Virus record (IMG/VR): IMGVR_UViG_3300020577_003668
Location: 41,546 to 105,545 of that record
Length of the DNA stretch: 64,000 nt
Direction: 5' to 3' (one strand)
From: a virus
Lineage: Duplodnaviria > Caudoviricetes
Shown here: positions 52,716-62,849 of the stretch, one piece after another
Layout: every line of letters starts with the position of its first letter
Numbering within the stretch: position 1 is the first letter of the stretch
The notes under the pieces: model-generated
Database searches by the model: none
What the model was told of the DNA's origin: nothing
What the model saw: the letters and a program-made list of their open reading frames with translations, nothing else
Translations under genes and position numbers: made by a program

Positions 52716-53282
52716 ATCAAACCAGAAGGAACAACTAGCGAGCGAGCTGACTCTGCTAGTGGTCTGCATACACGACACGCTAAGTTCTATATTCGTAGAG
52801 TACGTGGAGATGTAAAAGATCCACTTACACAGTTTATGATGGCTAGCGGTGTACCTTGGGAACCGGATGTAATGAAACCGGATTCTACTGTAGTATTTAG
52901 TTTCGCAAAGAAGGCTCCAGAAGGTGCTCTAGTAAAGGCCGACCTATCTGCTATTCAGCATCTGAAGCTATGGCTAGCGTACCAACGATTCTACTGCGAG
53001 CATAAACCATCTATTACAGTTTCTGTAAAAGAGAAAGAGTGGCCTTCCGTTGGTGCATTCGTATGGGATCATTTCGATGAAATGAGCGGGGTTAGTTTCC
53101 TACCGGATGATGGTGGCAGTTATAGACAAGCACCGTATGAAGAGTGTACCGAGGAAGAATATAACGAGTTACTAGCTAAGATTCCTACTAATATAGACTG
53201 GGATTCTATTATTGAAACAGAAGACAATGTCGAAGGTTCACAAACCTTGGCATGTGCAGCCGGAGGATGTGAAATCAGATGA
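52716..53282 (+). CDS. nrdJ: Class II ribonucleotide reductase, exon 2
   Basis: IKPEGTTS..SASGLH..YIRRVR, EHKPSIT, SGVSFLP, C-terminal CAAGGC. Confidence 0.93.
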   Translation: MKPEGTTSERADSASGLHTRHAKFYIRRVRGDVKDPLTQFMMASGVPWEPDVMKPDSTVVFSFAKKAPEGALVKADLSAIQHLKLWLAYQRFYCEHKPSITVSVKEKEWPSVGAFVWDHFDEMSGVSFLPDDGGSYRQAPYEECTEEEYNELLAKIPTNIDWDSIIETEDNVEGSQTLACAAGGCEIR

Positions 53283-53578
53283 ACGATAAAGAACTAGAGC
53301 AACTAATCCAGTATAAACAGTTAACAGCTCCTAGACTAACCCCTGAGGATATAGATGCCAAAATCAAAAGTGTAACTTACACTATACTGCCTAGTGGTAA
53401 AGTTATGGTTTGCGAAATTACACTAGCTAATGGCTACAGCGTTAGAGGGGAAGCGGCAACAGTTAGCAAAGCTAACTTTGACGAAGAGATTGGTCAAATA
53501 ATCTCCTTAAAGAATGCTAAAAATAAAATTTGGCAACTCGAAGGTTATCTGCTTCAGGAAATACTAAGTAAAGGATAA
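53279..53578 (+). CDS. Phage protein, N4 Gp49/Sf6 gene 66 family
   Basis: APRLT..L.NGYSV.G...VS..NFD.EIG..IWQLEGYLL. Confidence 0.85.
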   Translation: MNDKELEQLIQYKQLTAPRLTPEDIDAKIKSVTYTILPSGKVMVCEITLANGYSVRGEAATVSKANFDEEIGQIISLKNAKNKIWQLEGYLLQEILSKG

Positions 53579-53580
53579 TA

Positions 53581-53616
53581 AAAAAGCCCCGTTAACGCGA
53601 GTTAACGGGGCTTTTT
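53581..53616. terminator. Bidirectional terminator at the early/late convergence
   Basis: aaaaagccccgttaac-gcga-gttaacggggcttttt. Confidence 0.93.
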
Positions 53617-53632
53617 ACTTTCTATCTACAGA

Positions 53633-54130
53633 TTAGGTTCCTAGAAGACCCTTACCCTGCATAGCTTGTGCAGGGGAGGTTTCAGGTAGATCTAGAGGAT
53701 CTACTAGTACTACGTAGTCGTCAATGAACTTCTCAGCCTTGTCTAGGATAGCTACGAAACGTGTGGCATCGAAGGCAATTAGGTTGGAGCTCATGCGGCT
53801 AGATTGGCTAGCAGCTAGCTCATCGCGAGCTAGTTCGAACAGAGTAGCTACGTCATATAGAGACTCGTTTTCGATCATAGGAATTACCGGAGAAACAGGT
53901 AGCTCGGTTGGACGAGGACCAGTTTCTGGTAGATCTAGTTCGGGTTGTGTAGTAACCCAAGTTAGATAAGCACGCATTGCAGCGATGTAGCTGCGCATAC
54001 GAGCAACATCAAACGTAGAAGTCTTAGAAACACCAGAACTTTGACTCTTTACTACTTCCATAATAAAGCGGTTAATTCGGCGCACTAGACCATAAACGTC
54101 TGTGTTGTAAGTGATATTTACTGTTGCCAT
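53633..54130 (-). CDS. Hypothetical protein
   Basis: AAGGA RBS; internally repeated LDLPET motif. Confidence 0.8.
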   Translation of the reverse strand: MATVNITYNTDVYGLVRRINRFIMEVVKSQSSGVSKTSTFDVARMRSYIAAMRAYLTWVTTQPELDLPETGPRPTELPVSPVIPMIENESLYDVATLFELARDELAASQSSRMSSNLIAFDATRFVAILDKAEKFIDDYVVLVDPLDLPETSPAQAMQGKGLLGT

Positions 54131-54205
54131 GTATAGCATCCTTTGTTGTCTTATTTCGCTGGCGAAATAAAATTGAAACAGCTAAGGGGCCAGCCCCGAC
54201 TTAAA

Positions 54206-54589
54206 CTAAAGAGTCGCATCGTGCGAGCTATCTTTTGTTTTTACTAGAAACGGAAAATACAGAATTCTCCATGGTAGGTATTTAGCCTTACTTCTATGAA
54301 TAGGAAACGAGTGCTCTACCTCTGCGGTACCTAGCGACTTGATCCATATGGCATGAGGTACTCTTAGTTTACCAAATATACGAATATCATCTGCGTATCT
54401 AATTCCTAAATATCCACCATGTTTAAACCATCTTGGTCCTACAAAGGACCAGCAGTTACCCCAAGTTGCATTTGGCCAGGCCTTATCTGCCAGCATGACC
54501 AGTATCAAACATAATACGCCCAAGGTAACAGCTATCATCCAGGGTATTATAGCTAAATATACAAGTATAATATGTAGTACTCTACCCAT
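54206..54589 (-). CDS. Membrane protein
   Basis: Long hydrophobic N-terminus. Confidence 0.7.
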   Translation of the reverse strand: MGRVLHIILVYLAIIPWMIAVTLGVLCLILVMLADKAWPNATWGNCWSFVGPRWFKHGGYLGIRYADDIRIFGKLRVPHAIWIKSLGTAEVEHSFPIHRSKAKYLPWRILYFPFLVKTKDSSHDATL

Positions 54590-54601
54590 ATTAGATTTCC
54601 T

Positions 54602-55288
54602 TTATTTTTCGTTGTAAGCTATAATAATTTGCTTACATAGTCTACTACGAACAATATCAGAATCCAGAAACTCTACTACTTCAACTCCTTCGATATGAGA
54701 GAGTCTATTTGAAGCATCTAGCAAGCCTGAATTTGATATATCTGACTGACTGGGATCGCCAGAAATGACGATCTTGCAATTCTTACCAATTCTCGTCAAA
54801 AACATTTTCAGCTCCTGCTTAGTTGCATTTTGAGCTTCATCTAATAGCACTATGGAGTTTTCAAAAGTGGCTCCACGCATAAAGCCTAACGGCCTAGGAT
54901 CAATGGTTTTATTTTTAATAGCCCACTCGTAAAAGCCTCTACCTAGCATTTTTGCAAATACTGAGTCGAAGGGTTCAAGATACGGTAGGTACTTCTCTTC
55001 TAAAGTTCCGGGTAAGAAACCAAGACTAGCTCCTGTTTCTATGTTGGGTCTAGTTAAGATTATCTTCTCTATCTTTTTATGATATAACTGACCGGCAGCA
55101 TATGCGGCGCTCACGTATGTTTTACCAGTACCAGCACTACCTATACCAAATACTATATCATTATGTTTTATTGCATCCAGGTATGTTTCCTGGATATAGT
55201 TTAAAGGTCTAACTTCAGTAAACTTCTCTGAAGAAAACTCTACTACTGGCGCTTGTTTTCGCGCTTTTTTCCCTGAACTAATAGCCAT
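54602..55288 (-). CDS. phoH: PhoH-family ATPase
   Basis: GSAGTGKT, LGFLPG, MRGATF, DEAQN, LTRIG, GDPSQ.D, DIVRS. Confidence 0.96.
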   Translation of the reverse strand: MAISSGKKARKQAPVVEFSSEKFTEVRPLNYIQETYLDAIKHNDIVFGIGSAGTGKTYVSAAYAAGQLYHKKIEKIILTRPNIETGASLGFLPGTLEEKYLPYLEPFDSVFAKMLGRGFYEWAIKNKTIDPRPLGFMRGATFENSIVLLDEAQNATKQELKMFLTRIGKNCKIVISGDPSQSDISNSGLLDASNRLSHIEGVEVVEFLDSDIVRSRLCKQIIIAYNEK

Positions 55289-55296
55289 TTAGGTCC

Positions 55297-55872
55297 TTAT
55301 CTAAAGAGCACTTCGTACTTTTTAGAACGAATGTTAAGCACATCCTGTACGTGGTGTCTATTTATGTCACAAGCACTACGTGAACCATATAGTGCCGCCT
55401 TACTTTTCAGACACAACTTTTCAGTGTGTCCAAACCATTTAGAAGGATCGCAGCCTGTCGTAAGGACACAAGCCCTTCTTTCCAAGTTAACTCCGGATAC
55501 ACCTCCATTATATGCAGCATCAGCAAAAGCTAATGCTTCTATATAATCGAATGCATAGGGTTTAAATATATAATAATTCTCTTTAAGCTTAAGAAGTCCG
55601 GCTCTAATTTGTAAATCTGGTCTAGAGTATATGTTTAACCAATTTAACTCGTATAACTCTGACCTATACTTTATTTTTAGCTCTTCTAAAGCGTCGAACC
55701 TAAGACTGTTATCTAGTCTATAGGCCCTAGTTATTTGAAATAATCCGGCACCTTCTTCTCTCTGTGTCTTCAAACGACTACTAGGATCCCAGCAGCGTGA
55801 GTGCGTTAGAGAGATACACGACTCATGCTCGATCAAACTGGCTACTAGATGTCTTTTGGGTGGTCGGGCCAC
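55297..55872 (-). CDS. Lytic transglycosylase-like endolysin domain
   Basis: IEHES, GAGLFQ, AAYNGG lysozyme-fold motifs; no good independent start. Confidence 0.85.
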   Translation of the reverse strand: MARPPKRHLVASLIEHESCISLTHSRCWDPSSRLKTQREEGAGLFQITRAYRLDNSLRFDALEELKIKYRSELYELNWLNIYSRPDLQIRAGLLKLKENYYIFKPYAFDYIEALAFADAAYNGGVSGVNLERRACVLTTGCDPSKWFGHTEKLCLKSKAALYGSRSACDINRHHVQDVLNIRSKKYEVLFR

Positions 55873-56252
55873 AGTCTTGATAGTTCCTGCTTAACTACAG
55901 GTAAGTGTACGTGGGCTTTAGCCGGAATAAACGTTGTTACATCGGCTGCTCTGGCGGAACTGCCAAATAACCCTAATAGACCAAAAACTACGATGCATAC
56001 ACCTATAAATGATAATCCCGCACCTGCCGCACTACTCTTAGCTTTTAAGTATAGTTCCTCCATATCCAGGTAGTCAAATAGAGCTACTCTAGTTAAGTAC
56101 GAAAACCATACGGCTACTATTGGCATTGCTAGATTTCCTAGCCATGCTGCTGTAATAGCACCACCATTAGGGTCAGTAAGAAAACTAAATAGTAATACTA
56201 GGATGCTTCCGCCAACTAAAAAGTAGTTTCTTGTTCGCATATACTTTCTCAA
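55845..56252 (-). CDS. Three-TM holin-like protein / N-terminus of the endolysin
   Basis: Three hydrophobic segments, then SARA|ADV; lies in the lysis cassette. Confidence 0.75.
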   Translation of the reverse strand: MRKYMRTRNYFLVGGSILVLLFSFLTDPNGGAITAAWLGNLAMPIVAVWFSYLTRVALFDYLDMEELYLKAKSSAAGAGLSFIGVCIVVFGLLGLFGSSARAADVTTFIPAKAHVHLPVVKQELSRLWPDHPKDI

Positions 56253-56530
56253 GGTTTATCCTTTATATTAGCAAACTCCTTAAGGAGCTTTATTGAAGTA
56301 TTCTGCTTATTACGGCAGTCTAGGTATATTTCCGCGTTACGAACGACCGAATCTATTAAGGTTTCAAAAGACTTGTCATTGTCCGGAATTGTTGTTAAGT
56401 CACTACATGGAATAAGAGCACGTGGATCAATATGTATAATCTTTTCAGATATAATTGCATCCGGTTTTTTTGCTAGGCTTCCACAACCTAATAAGCTGAA
56501 TGATAGTAGTAAAATCCATAAATATTTCAT
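56249..56530 (-). CDS. o-spanin (Rz1-like lipoprotein)
   Basis: Lipobox LLGC; follows the i-spanin. Confidence 0.85.
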   Translation of the reverse strand: MKYLWILLLSFSLLGCGSLAKKPDAIISEKIIHIDPRALIPCSDLTTIPDNDKSFETLIDSVVRNAEIYLDCRNKQNTSIKLLKEFANIKDKP

Positions 56531-56907
56531 TTTAGATTTGCCCTCGCCATTGCATCATTATAGGCTTTTATAAAATCCTCGGAAGGAGCGCAAACTCCTG
56601 CCTGAATAGTATATAATGGACGCCCCTTGGTGGCTTTCATTATAGCTCGGAAGTCATTAGCCGCACTCTCTTTTAAGGCTTCGTTCTGCTGAATAATAAT
56701 GGAACTATTTTGCTCTATAGTAGTTATTCTTGCAATTAGCTTATCCTCATATACTTTTATACGGGCCGTGCACTCCGCTTCTGCTACTGCACGGCCCTTA
56801 TTATAAATATGTTTATAACCACTATAACCAGCTGTTGAAATACCACCAATTATAGAAAATATTAGAACTATATGTAGCCAGTATCGTAGAAAAAATGCTG
56901 CAATCAT
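56527..56907 (-). CDS. i-spanin (Rz-like)
   Basis: N-terminal TM plus coiled coil. Confidence 0.8.
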   Translation of the reverse strand: MIAAFFLRYWLHIVLIFSIIGGISTAGYSGYKHIYNKGRAVAEAECTARIKVYEDKLIARITTIEQNSSIIIQQNEALKESAANDFRAIMKATKGRPLYTIQAGVCAPSEDFIKAYNDAMARANLK

Positions 56908-56908
56908 A

Positions 56909-59851
56909 TTATGCCGCCTTGTTGAATCTGTAATATTCAATTGATACATCATTAGCAGCAGTAATAGTACGAACTTCTTCTACAGTTACACCCTCTTCTA
57001 CGGAATTAATAACAACCGCAGTGTCAGTAGCTGTTACTACACGGTAATCAGGATTGCTAACTATAAATGTATCGCCGTTTGTACTTACTATTACTACAGA
57101 TGCAACTTCTGAAGATATATAGTAACCTTCGCGGTATGCATTAGCTAGTATTTCTTCAGCAGTAGATTGGTTTAGCTGAGTATCGGTACTTACTGATAAA
57201 TTGTGAACATGTACAATAACATTGGAGTCACCGTAGTTATTCTGGTAAGACGTAGCGTCTAGTAGAATATGTACCTGTGTTATACCATTTTCGGTACTAG
57301 TTGCAGAAGATACGGAATCTGCAGCAGCCAGTAATTGAATAAGAGTGATAACATTAGTGGACGAAGAAGATGTCTGTGTACTACTATCGGCAATAACATA
57401 TAAACCGATCTCCGCAGCACTAGTAGAACTACTATTGCTCTGTATATCGGTAGTAGAAGCTAACTCATGGTCTTGGGTTACAGCGAATACGCTATCGTTC
57501 GCCGCCTGAGTACTACTAGAAGCCAACAGTATATGAATATGTACTATCGAATTGCTAGTAGATGTGGCTGTTTGATTATCTGGATCAGCGTATAATAGTT
57601 GAGTACTAGTATAAATACCCGTACCGCTATCTGCATTTTGTACCGTGGTGGCTGCTGTAACGATATGTATCTGGTCAATGGAACCAGTTGTACATTCAGC
57701 ATTCTGTGAGGAAGAATCTCCAGATAATACTTGTACTAATGTTACTGCACTAGTATTAGCAGAGTTGCCTTGACTGGAAGGTGCACCTAATACAAAGTGT
57801 ACTTGCTGAATTATATCCGTACTAGAAGCTGCTGTTTGATTAGCAGGGGCAGATACAACAATATGGGTATTTGTTACCGAGCCTAATTCAGATGTAGCAG
57901 TCTGTGCAGTAGAATCGCCAGTTAACGTTTGTATTAGTGTTATTACATTAGTACTGGAGGAACTATTTTGAGTGGTACTACCACCAGAAAAGAAGCCATC
58001 GCTACCTATATAATTAGTACCAGAATCTGCGTTTTGTGTAGTAGTGCTAGCAGTAACATTATGTTGCTGCGATATAGCGCTTGTCGTAGATGCCGCGTCT
58101 TGAACAGTAGTAGTAGCTACTATATTGTGCAGATGCACAATAGAATCTGTAGTAGATGAGGCTACTTGATTAGAAGGAGCACCTACTAAATACTGAACAC
58201 TAGTTACTACGTTTAGGCTGGAAGTTGCATTCTGTGTTGTAGTATCGGCTACAGTAACATGAATCTGTGTTACTGAATCTATGCCACTAGATGCATCCTG
58301 AGTAGTACTGCTTGCAACTAGAGAGCCTATAGAAGATATAGCTCCGGTACCACTTGTAGCATCTTGAGTTGTTGTATCTGCTACTACTGTCTGACTTAGT
58401 GTTACAGCGTTTGTACCACTTGTAGCATCTTGAGTTGTTGTAGCTGCTACTACTGTCTGACTTAGTGTTACAGCGTTTGTACCACTTGTAGCATCTTGAG
58501 TTGTTGTAGCTGCTACTACTGTCTGACTTAGTGTTACAGCGTTTGTACCACTTGTAGCATCTTGAGTTGTTGTAGCTGCTACTACTGTCTGACTTAGTGT
58601 TACAGCGTTTGTACCACTTGTAGCATCTTGAGTTGTTGTAGCTGCTACTACTGTTTGACTTAGTGTTACAGCGTTTGTACCACTTGTAGCATCTTGAGTT
58701 GTTGTAGCTGCTACTACTGTTTGACTTAGTGTTACAGCGTTTGTACCACTTGTAGCATCTTGAGTTGTTGTAGCTGCTACTACTGTTTGACTTAGTGTTA
58801 CAGCGTTTGTACCACTTGTAGCATCTTGAGTTGTTGTAGCTGCTACTACTGTTTGACTTAGTGTTACAGCGTTTGTACCACTTGTAGCATCTTGAGTTGT
58901 TGTAGCTGCTACTACTGTTTGACTTAGTGTTACAGCGTTTGTACCACTTGTAGCATCTTGAGTTGTTGTAGCTGCTACTACTGTTTGACTTAGTGTTACA
59001 GCGTTTGTACCACTTGTAGCATCTTGAGTTGTTGTAGCTGCTACTACTGTTTGACTTAGTGTTACAGCGTTTGTACCACTTGTAGCATCTTGAGTTGTTG
59101 TAGCTGCTACTACTGTTTGACTTAGTGTTACAGCGTTTGTACCACTTGTAGCATCCTGTATGCAAGTGCCAACTGTTAATGTAATCTCATCGCTTAGAGT
59201 AGATAATATGCCGCTTACATCTACATTAGAGTAAGTTACATTATCAAACCAAACTGCTGCAATTCTGTAGTCTGTGTTCGGTGTTAAACCGGTAGCTGGT
59301 AATGAGAAGGTGAACGGAGCAGTAGTTACTGTAGGAGATATTTCACTATCGGCATATACTGCTGTACCAACCCAACCAGCTACAATTTGGGCCGCTGTTG
59401 GGGCCGATAGAGCCGCAGGATAGATTACATAGTAGATATATCCTATATCCTGTGTAACTTCACCAGTACTGCTTGTAGAATCCTGAGTAGTCGTACCAGC
59501 TACAACTACTTGTATTAATGTTACAGCACTAGTAGTGCTTGTTGCATCTTGTGTAGAAGTGGATGCTGTAACGTTTTGTACTAATGTTACAACGTTAGTA
59601 CCACTTGTAGAATCTTGGGTTACTGTGCTTGCTACAGTAATATGAATTTGAGCTACTACACTAGTAGAACTCGTAGAATCCTGAGTTGCTGTATCAGCAA
59701 CTGTAGTTTGTGTAAGTAGTATAGCAGTAGTAGTAGAAGTAGCATCCTGAGTACTAGAGGCACCTAATAAATTAATGCCGCCTAAAGATGTAGGGTCTTT
59801 GGTTTTCCAATAACTGCCTGCATCGGGGGAATGACTATACCAGATAGCCAT
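56909..59851 (-). CDS. Thr/Ser-rich repetitive virion (tail/fibre-associated) protein
   Basis: ~22-aa periodicity through most of 980 aa; late module. Confidence 0.75.
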   Translation of the reverse strand: MAIWYSHSPDAGSYWKTKDPTSLGGINLLGASSTQDATSTTTAILLTQTTVADTATQDSTSSTSVVAQIHITVASTVTQDSTSGTNVVTLVQNVTASTSTQDATSTTSAVTLIQVVVAGTTTQDSTSSTGEVTQDIGYIYYVIYPAALSAPTAAQIVAGWVGTAVYADSEISPTVTTAPFTFSLPATGLTPNTDYRIAAVWFDNVTYSNVDVSGILSTLSDEITLTVGTCIQDATSGTNAVTLSQTVVAATTTQDATSGTNAVTLSQTVVAATTTQDATSGTNAVTLSQTVVAATTTQDATSGTNAVTLSQTVVAATTTQDATSGTNAVTLSQTVVAATTTQDATSGTNAVTLSQTVVAATTTQDATSGTNAVTLSQTVVAATTTQDATSGTNAVTLSQTVVAATTTQDATSGTNAVTLSQTVVAATTTQDATSGTNAVTLSQTVVAATTTQDATSGTNAVTLSQTVVAATTTQDATSGTNAVTLSQTVVADTTTQDATSGTGAISSIGSLVASSTTQDASSGIDSVTQIHVTVADTTTQNATSSLNVVTSVQYLVGAPSNQVASSTTDSIVHLHNIVATTTVQDAASTTSAISQQHNVTASTTTQNADSGTNYIGSDGFFSGGSTTQNSSSSTNVITLIQTLTGDSTAQTATSELGSVTNTHIVVSAPANQTAASSTDIIQQVHFVLGAPSSQGNSANTSAVTLVQVLSGDSSSQNAECTTGSIDQIHIVTAATTVQNADSGTGIYTSTQLLYADPDNQTATSTSNSIVHIHILLASSSTQAANDSVFAVTQDHELASTTDIQSNSSSTSAAEIGLYVIADSSTQTSSSSTNVITLIQLLAAADSVSSATSTENGITQVHILLDATSYQNNYGDSNVIVHVHNLSVSTDTQLNQSTAEEILANAYREGYYISSEVASVVIVSTNGDTFIVSNPDYRVVTATDTAVVINSVEEGVTVEEVRTITAANDVSIEYYRFNKAA
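58347..59156. repeat. Coding tandem repeat, 66-bp unit x 12 plus a partial unit
   Basis: gtaccacttg recurs every 66 bp from 58347 to 59139; encodes TTTQDATSGTNAVTLSQTVVAA. Confidence 0.97.
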
Positions 59852-59852
59852 T

Positions 59853-60203
59853 CTATGAAGGAGCTACAGCAGTAGTTCTTACTGTTTCGCCTCCTACCTC
59901 AGCTAAAACTAAATATACGTTATCGGAAGTAGCTACTTGAAAAGTAGCTACTCCTGCCGTTGTAGTGCCACTGCCAACTAAAGCGTGGGTAGTAGCATGG
60001 AATGCGTGTACTACAGTGCCATCAGCAACGTTTACATCGGCGGATGTTTTAAACGTTTCTGATATACTCCAATATCCTCCAAAGTAGTTAGGCGACACAT
60101 ACGAACTTAAAGTAGCGAAGTGAATATCAGGAAGCACACCGCCGTTGCCTCTAGAAACTTCACTACTTGCATCAGAACCATAAAGGATATCGTCTAGTGG
60201 CAT
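59853..60203 (-). CDS. Tail-associated hypothetical protein
   Basis: Coupled ORF, beta-rich composition. Confidence 0.7.
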   Translation of the reverse strand: MPLDDILYGSDASSEVSRGNGGVLPDIHFATLSSYVSPNYFGGYWSISETFKTSADVNVADGTVVHAFHATTHALVGSGTTTAGVATFQVATSDNVYLVLAEVGGETVRTTAVAPS

Positions 60204-60204
60204 A

Positions 60205-62361
60205 TTAGTACTCCGTTAATACACCTCGCACGCGGATATTATCAGCAAGGCCGGTAGGCGTAACTCTAACATATGTGGTCGCGTTAGCCCTATCAGTTGA
60301 ATCATAGGCACCCCACGCACCTCCACCGTTAGTACTTTTGGCCCAGGTCCATGCTTGTGTAACACTATCATCACTGCCCAGTGATACGCCTGATTCAGCG
60401 TCAAATAGTTCACATTTCAATCTAGGAACAGTAGAGCCATAAGCTACAGCATGGCGGAAACCAAATCGCTTGTTAGTAATGTCAGTACCGACATTAGTAC
60501 TACCTTGCCAGTGGTCGGACATACCGTTATCATTGTAAATTATACCCCAGTTAAGTAATCGTGATGGAATTAGTAGATTACCCATACGGAACTCAACACG
60601 GAACTGAATATGCGAAGCGCCAGCAACACCACCAAGATCCATGGTATCATCCAGTGGAGTCCAAGCCCCACTATTATCATCTATACCACTAGTACGGAAC
60701 TGTAAACGGAATGGTTCAGGCTGTAAACCTAGGTTTTTACCAGTAGCACCCCCTACTACCTGTACTGCATTTACAAACGCGCTAACGTAAGATTTGCAAT
60801 CGGGGGTAGCAATTTTGGGCGTATGCATACGACCATTACTTGTTGCGACGTATTCCCAATCCGCACCAAGTGGAATAGCGTACAACTGATTTAAAATTGC
60901 CGTTGTACCAAAGCGGCTAGCGTACAACATACCGCCCTCAATCCAACCCGAGAAGAACGATACTAACGGGCTAGGGGTAGGTGTAGTTGAACTATCTGCT
61001 GAGCCTTGATCAATCTGCTTGATGTCCGCAAATAGAATACGATCGATCTGTCCACCATCAGTACGGTATTGTGTAATATAGGACCTAATACCCGCCGCGC
61101 CAGTGGTCATTACTAGGAATCTATCTATTACGGACGAATATTCAATAGCCTGTAGACCAGCACCTGCAGCGAAGGTGTTTGTGCCTCCTGGAGGTACTTC
61201 AGTCATATTGTCTACTACCCAGCCAGTCTGGGCGGCAACTATAGTGCTCAGTGCGGCTGTACGATAAATACGGGTAGAAGTTGTGAAGTATATACAATCA
61301 AGACCACTACCAGGGCCGTGTGACGGGTTAGCTATCCGACCGTTATTTAATTGTGAAGTGGTACCAGTAACGGCCCCGCCGGCACCAGTAACCAGTACTG
61401 CCCCCGTATGGGCCCCAGCGGTTAGCGTCAGCGCACCATAGATATCATATTTAATTGCAATCGGATTTGCCAAAGTGTGTAAAATCCAACACATACGACT
61501 GGTTTTGCTAATGGTATTTTCTAAACCCATTCCGAAACCAACAGTAGCGGTACCTGATGCTGCATCTTTCATGAAGTAGCAAGCTTTAATATTATCCACC
61601 GTGGTAGCAGCGGGAACAGCACCACCGGCACCAGTGAAATGATTACGATTCAAACCTTTGGCGATATATAGACCACCTAGGTTGGTGGTTACGCTAGTTA
61701 CCAGCATACAGGCTCGTAAGTCTTCAATTACATAAGCTGTACCAGCACTAATAGTACCTGCAGAGGTAGCCAACGTGATACCCGTATCACTAGCCATTGC
61801 ACTAATTTCATACCAGGTAGTAATAGCCTTCGGATCAGTACTACCAAAACCAATACGATTACCAACACAGCAACGATTGGTTAACCATGCTGTATCAGAA
61901 CCAGTAACTGCTGTAGCCGCTACCTGAACAGTACCAGTACTATACTTTTCGTACGTCATACGAAGGCCACGAATAGTCTTAGCCTCTGACGTGCCTGGAA
62001 AGGTTACAGTTAAAAAACCGACGTAATTTAATACACCAGTAAGTCTATCGTATTCCCACATGCCGAGACGCCGTGTTGCGGCCGCCGTGGCTATATCAGC
62101 CTGGAAAATCCAGTCCTTCTGATCAGTAGCAGTCTCAGACCATCGCATTGCCCAGGGGAAGGAATATGGAATAGCGGTACTTGCTTCCATCGGGCGTGCA
62201 ACAGCAATCGGTAGAGGTCCGCAAAAATTATCCGTAGGGGCAACGCCACTATTTTGATACATAAGTGGACCAAGACCTAGCTTAGTAGAGTCGTATGTGT
62301 CTAAATCAATATGAAAGTGCGGAAGTCCTCCGGCTACTACTTGTTTTGCTCTAATTGCCAT
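60205..62361 (-). CDS. Putative tail fibre/receptor-binding protein
   Basis: YSTGTVQV..VTG..T.W fibre-type motif; Gly/Thr-rich. Confidence 0.7.
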   Translation of the reverse strand: MAIRAKQVVAGGLPHFHIDLDTYDSTKLGLGPLMYQNSGVAPTDNFCGPLPIAVARPMEASTAIPYSFPWAMRWSETATDQKDWIFQADIATAAATRRLGMWEYDRLTGVLNYVGFLTVTFPGTSEAKTIRGLRMTYEKYSTGTVQVAATAVTGSDTAWLTNRCCVGNRIGFGSTDPKAITTWYEISAMASDTGITLATSAGTISAGTAYVIEDLRACMLVTSVTTNLGGLYIAKGLNRNHFTGAGGAVPAATTVDNIKACYFMKDAASGTATVGFGMGLENTISKTSRMCWILHTLANPIAIKYDIYGALTLTAGAHTGAVLVTGAGGAVTGTTSQLNNGRIANPSHGPGSGLDCIYFTTSTRIYRTAALSTIVAAQTGWVVDNMTEVPPGGTNTFAAGAGLQAIEYSSVIDRFLVMTTGAAGIRSYITQYRTDGGQIDRILFADIKQIDQGSADSSTTPTPSPLVSFFSGWIEGGMLYASRFGTTAILNQLYAIPLGADWEYVATSNGRMHTPKIATPDCKSYVSAFVNAVQVVGGATGKNLGLQPEPFRLQFRTSGIDDNSGAWTPLDDTMDLGGVAGASHIQFRVEFRMGNLLIPSRLLNWGIIYNDNGMSDHWQGSTNVGTDITNKRFGFRHAVAYGSTVPRLKCELFDAESGVSLGSDDSVTQAWTWAKSTNGGGAWGAYDSTDRANATTYVRVTPTGLADNIRVRGVLTEY

Positions 62362-62838
62362 TTAGGGCCTTTCTATATCTTGTATTGGAGCAGAAAGAAT
62401 TTCTGCCGCTCGTCCAGGCCCAAGTAATCCAAAAGCCTCTAATGTCTGAACCCCTGTTATCGTATCTGTTCTAGTTAGATCAATCCACTTAGCCGCGGCC
62501 ATATCTACTTGACTCGACCTTAGGGTCGCGGCTAGTTGCCTGGCCTGCATAGATGCTGCGGGATCATCTAGTGACGCTATTTCAATAGTTACTCGCTCAG
62601 TAGTAGTAAATCTTTGTCTAAAGGCGAGTTTTGTAATAGCTGAATCTGGGATACTAGCAGGTGTTATGAAACTTATTTCAGCCTGCTCCTTAGTATCGAA
62701 CCAGTACCAACCGTCTATTGGAAAAACATATGTTTCTTTCCATTCACGATCTAGATTATAATTGTCCCCATATACCGCATGCGGAGCGTATAGAAGACCA
62801 TATTCTGGTATATACTTATAAAATCCTGATGTATCCAA
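62362..62838 (-). CDS. Tail fibre-associated/assembly protein
   Basis: ITKLAFRQRFT..ER..IDL..LL.PGRAAEIL. Confidence 0.75.
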   Translation of the reverse strand: MDTSGFYKYIPEYGLLYAPHAVYGDNYNLDREWKETYVFPIDGWYWFDTKEQAEISFITPASIPDSAITKLAFRQRFTTTERVTIEIASLDDPAASMQARQLAATLRSSQVDMAAAKWIDLTRTDTITGVQTLEAFGLLGPGRAAEILSAPIQDIERP

Positions 62839-62849
62839 AATATTCTCCT

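Noticed and set aside
58347-59156. Possible CRISPR array
   Set aside because: Units are contiguous with no unique spacers, are a multiple of 3 and lie in frame in a coding gene
58287-59165. 292-aa alternative-frame ORF (RCYKWYK repeats)
   Set aside because: By-product of a stop-free 66-bp repeat overlapping the real gene
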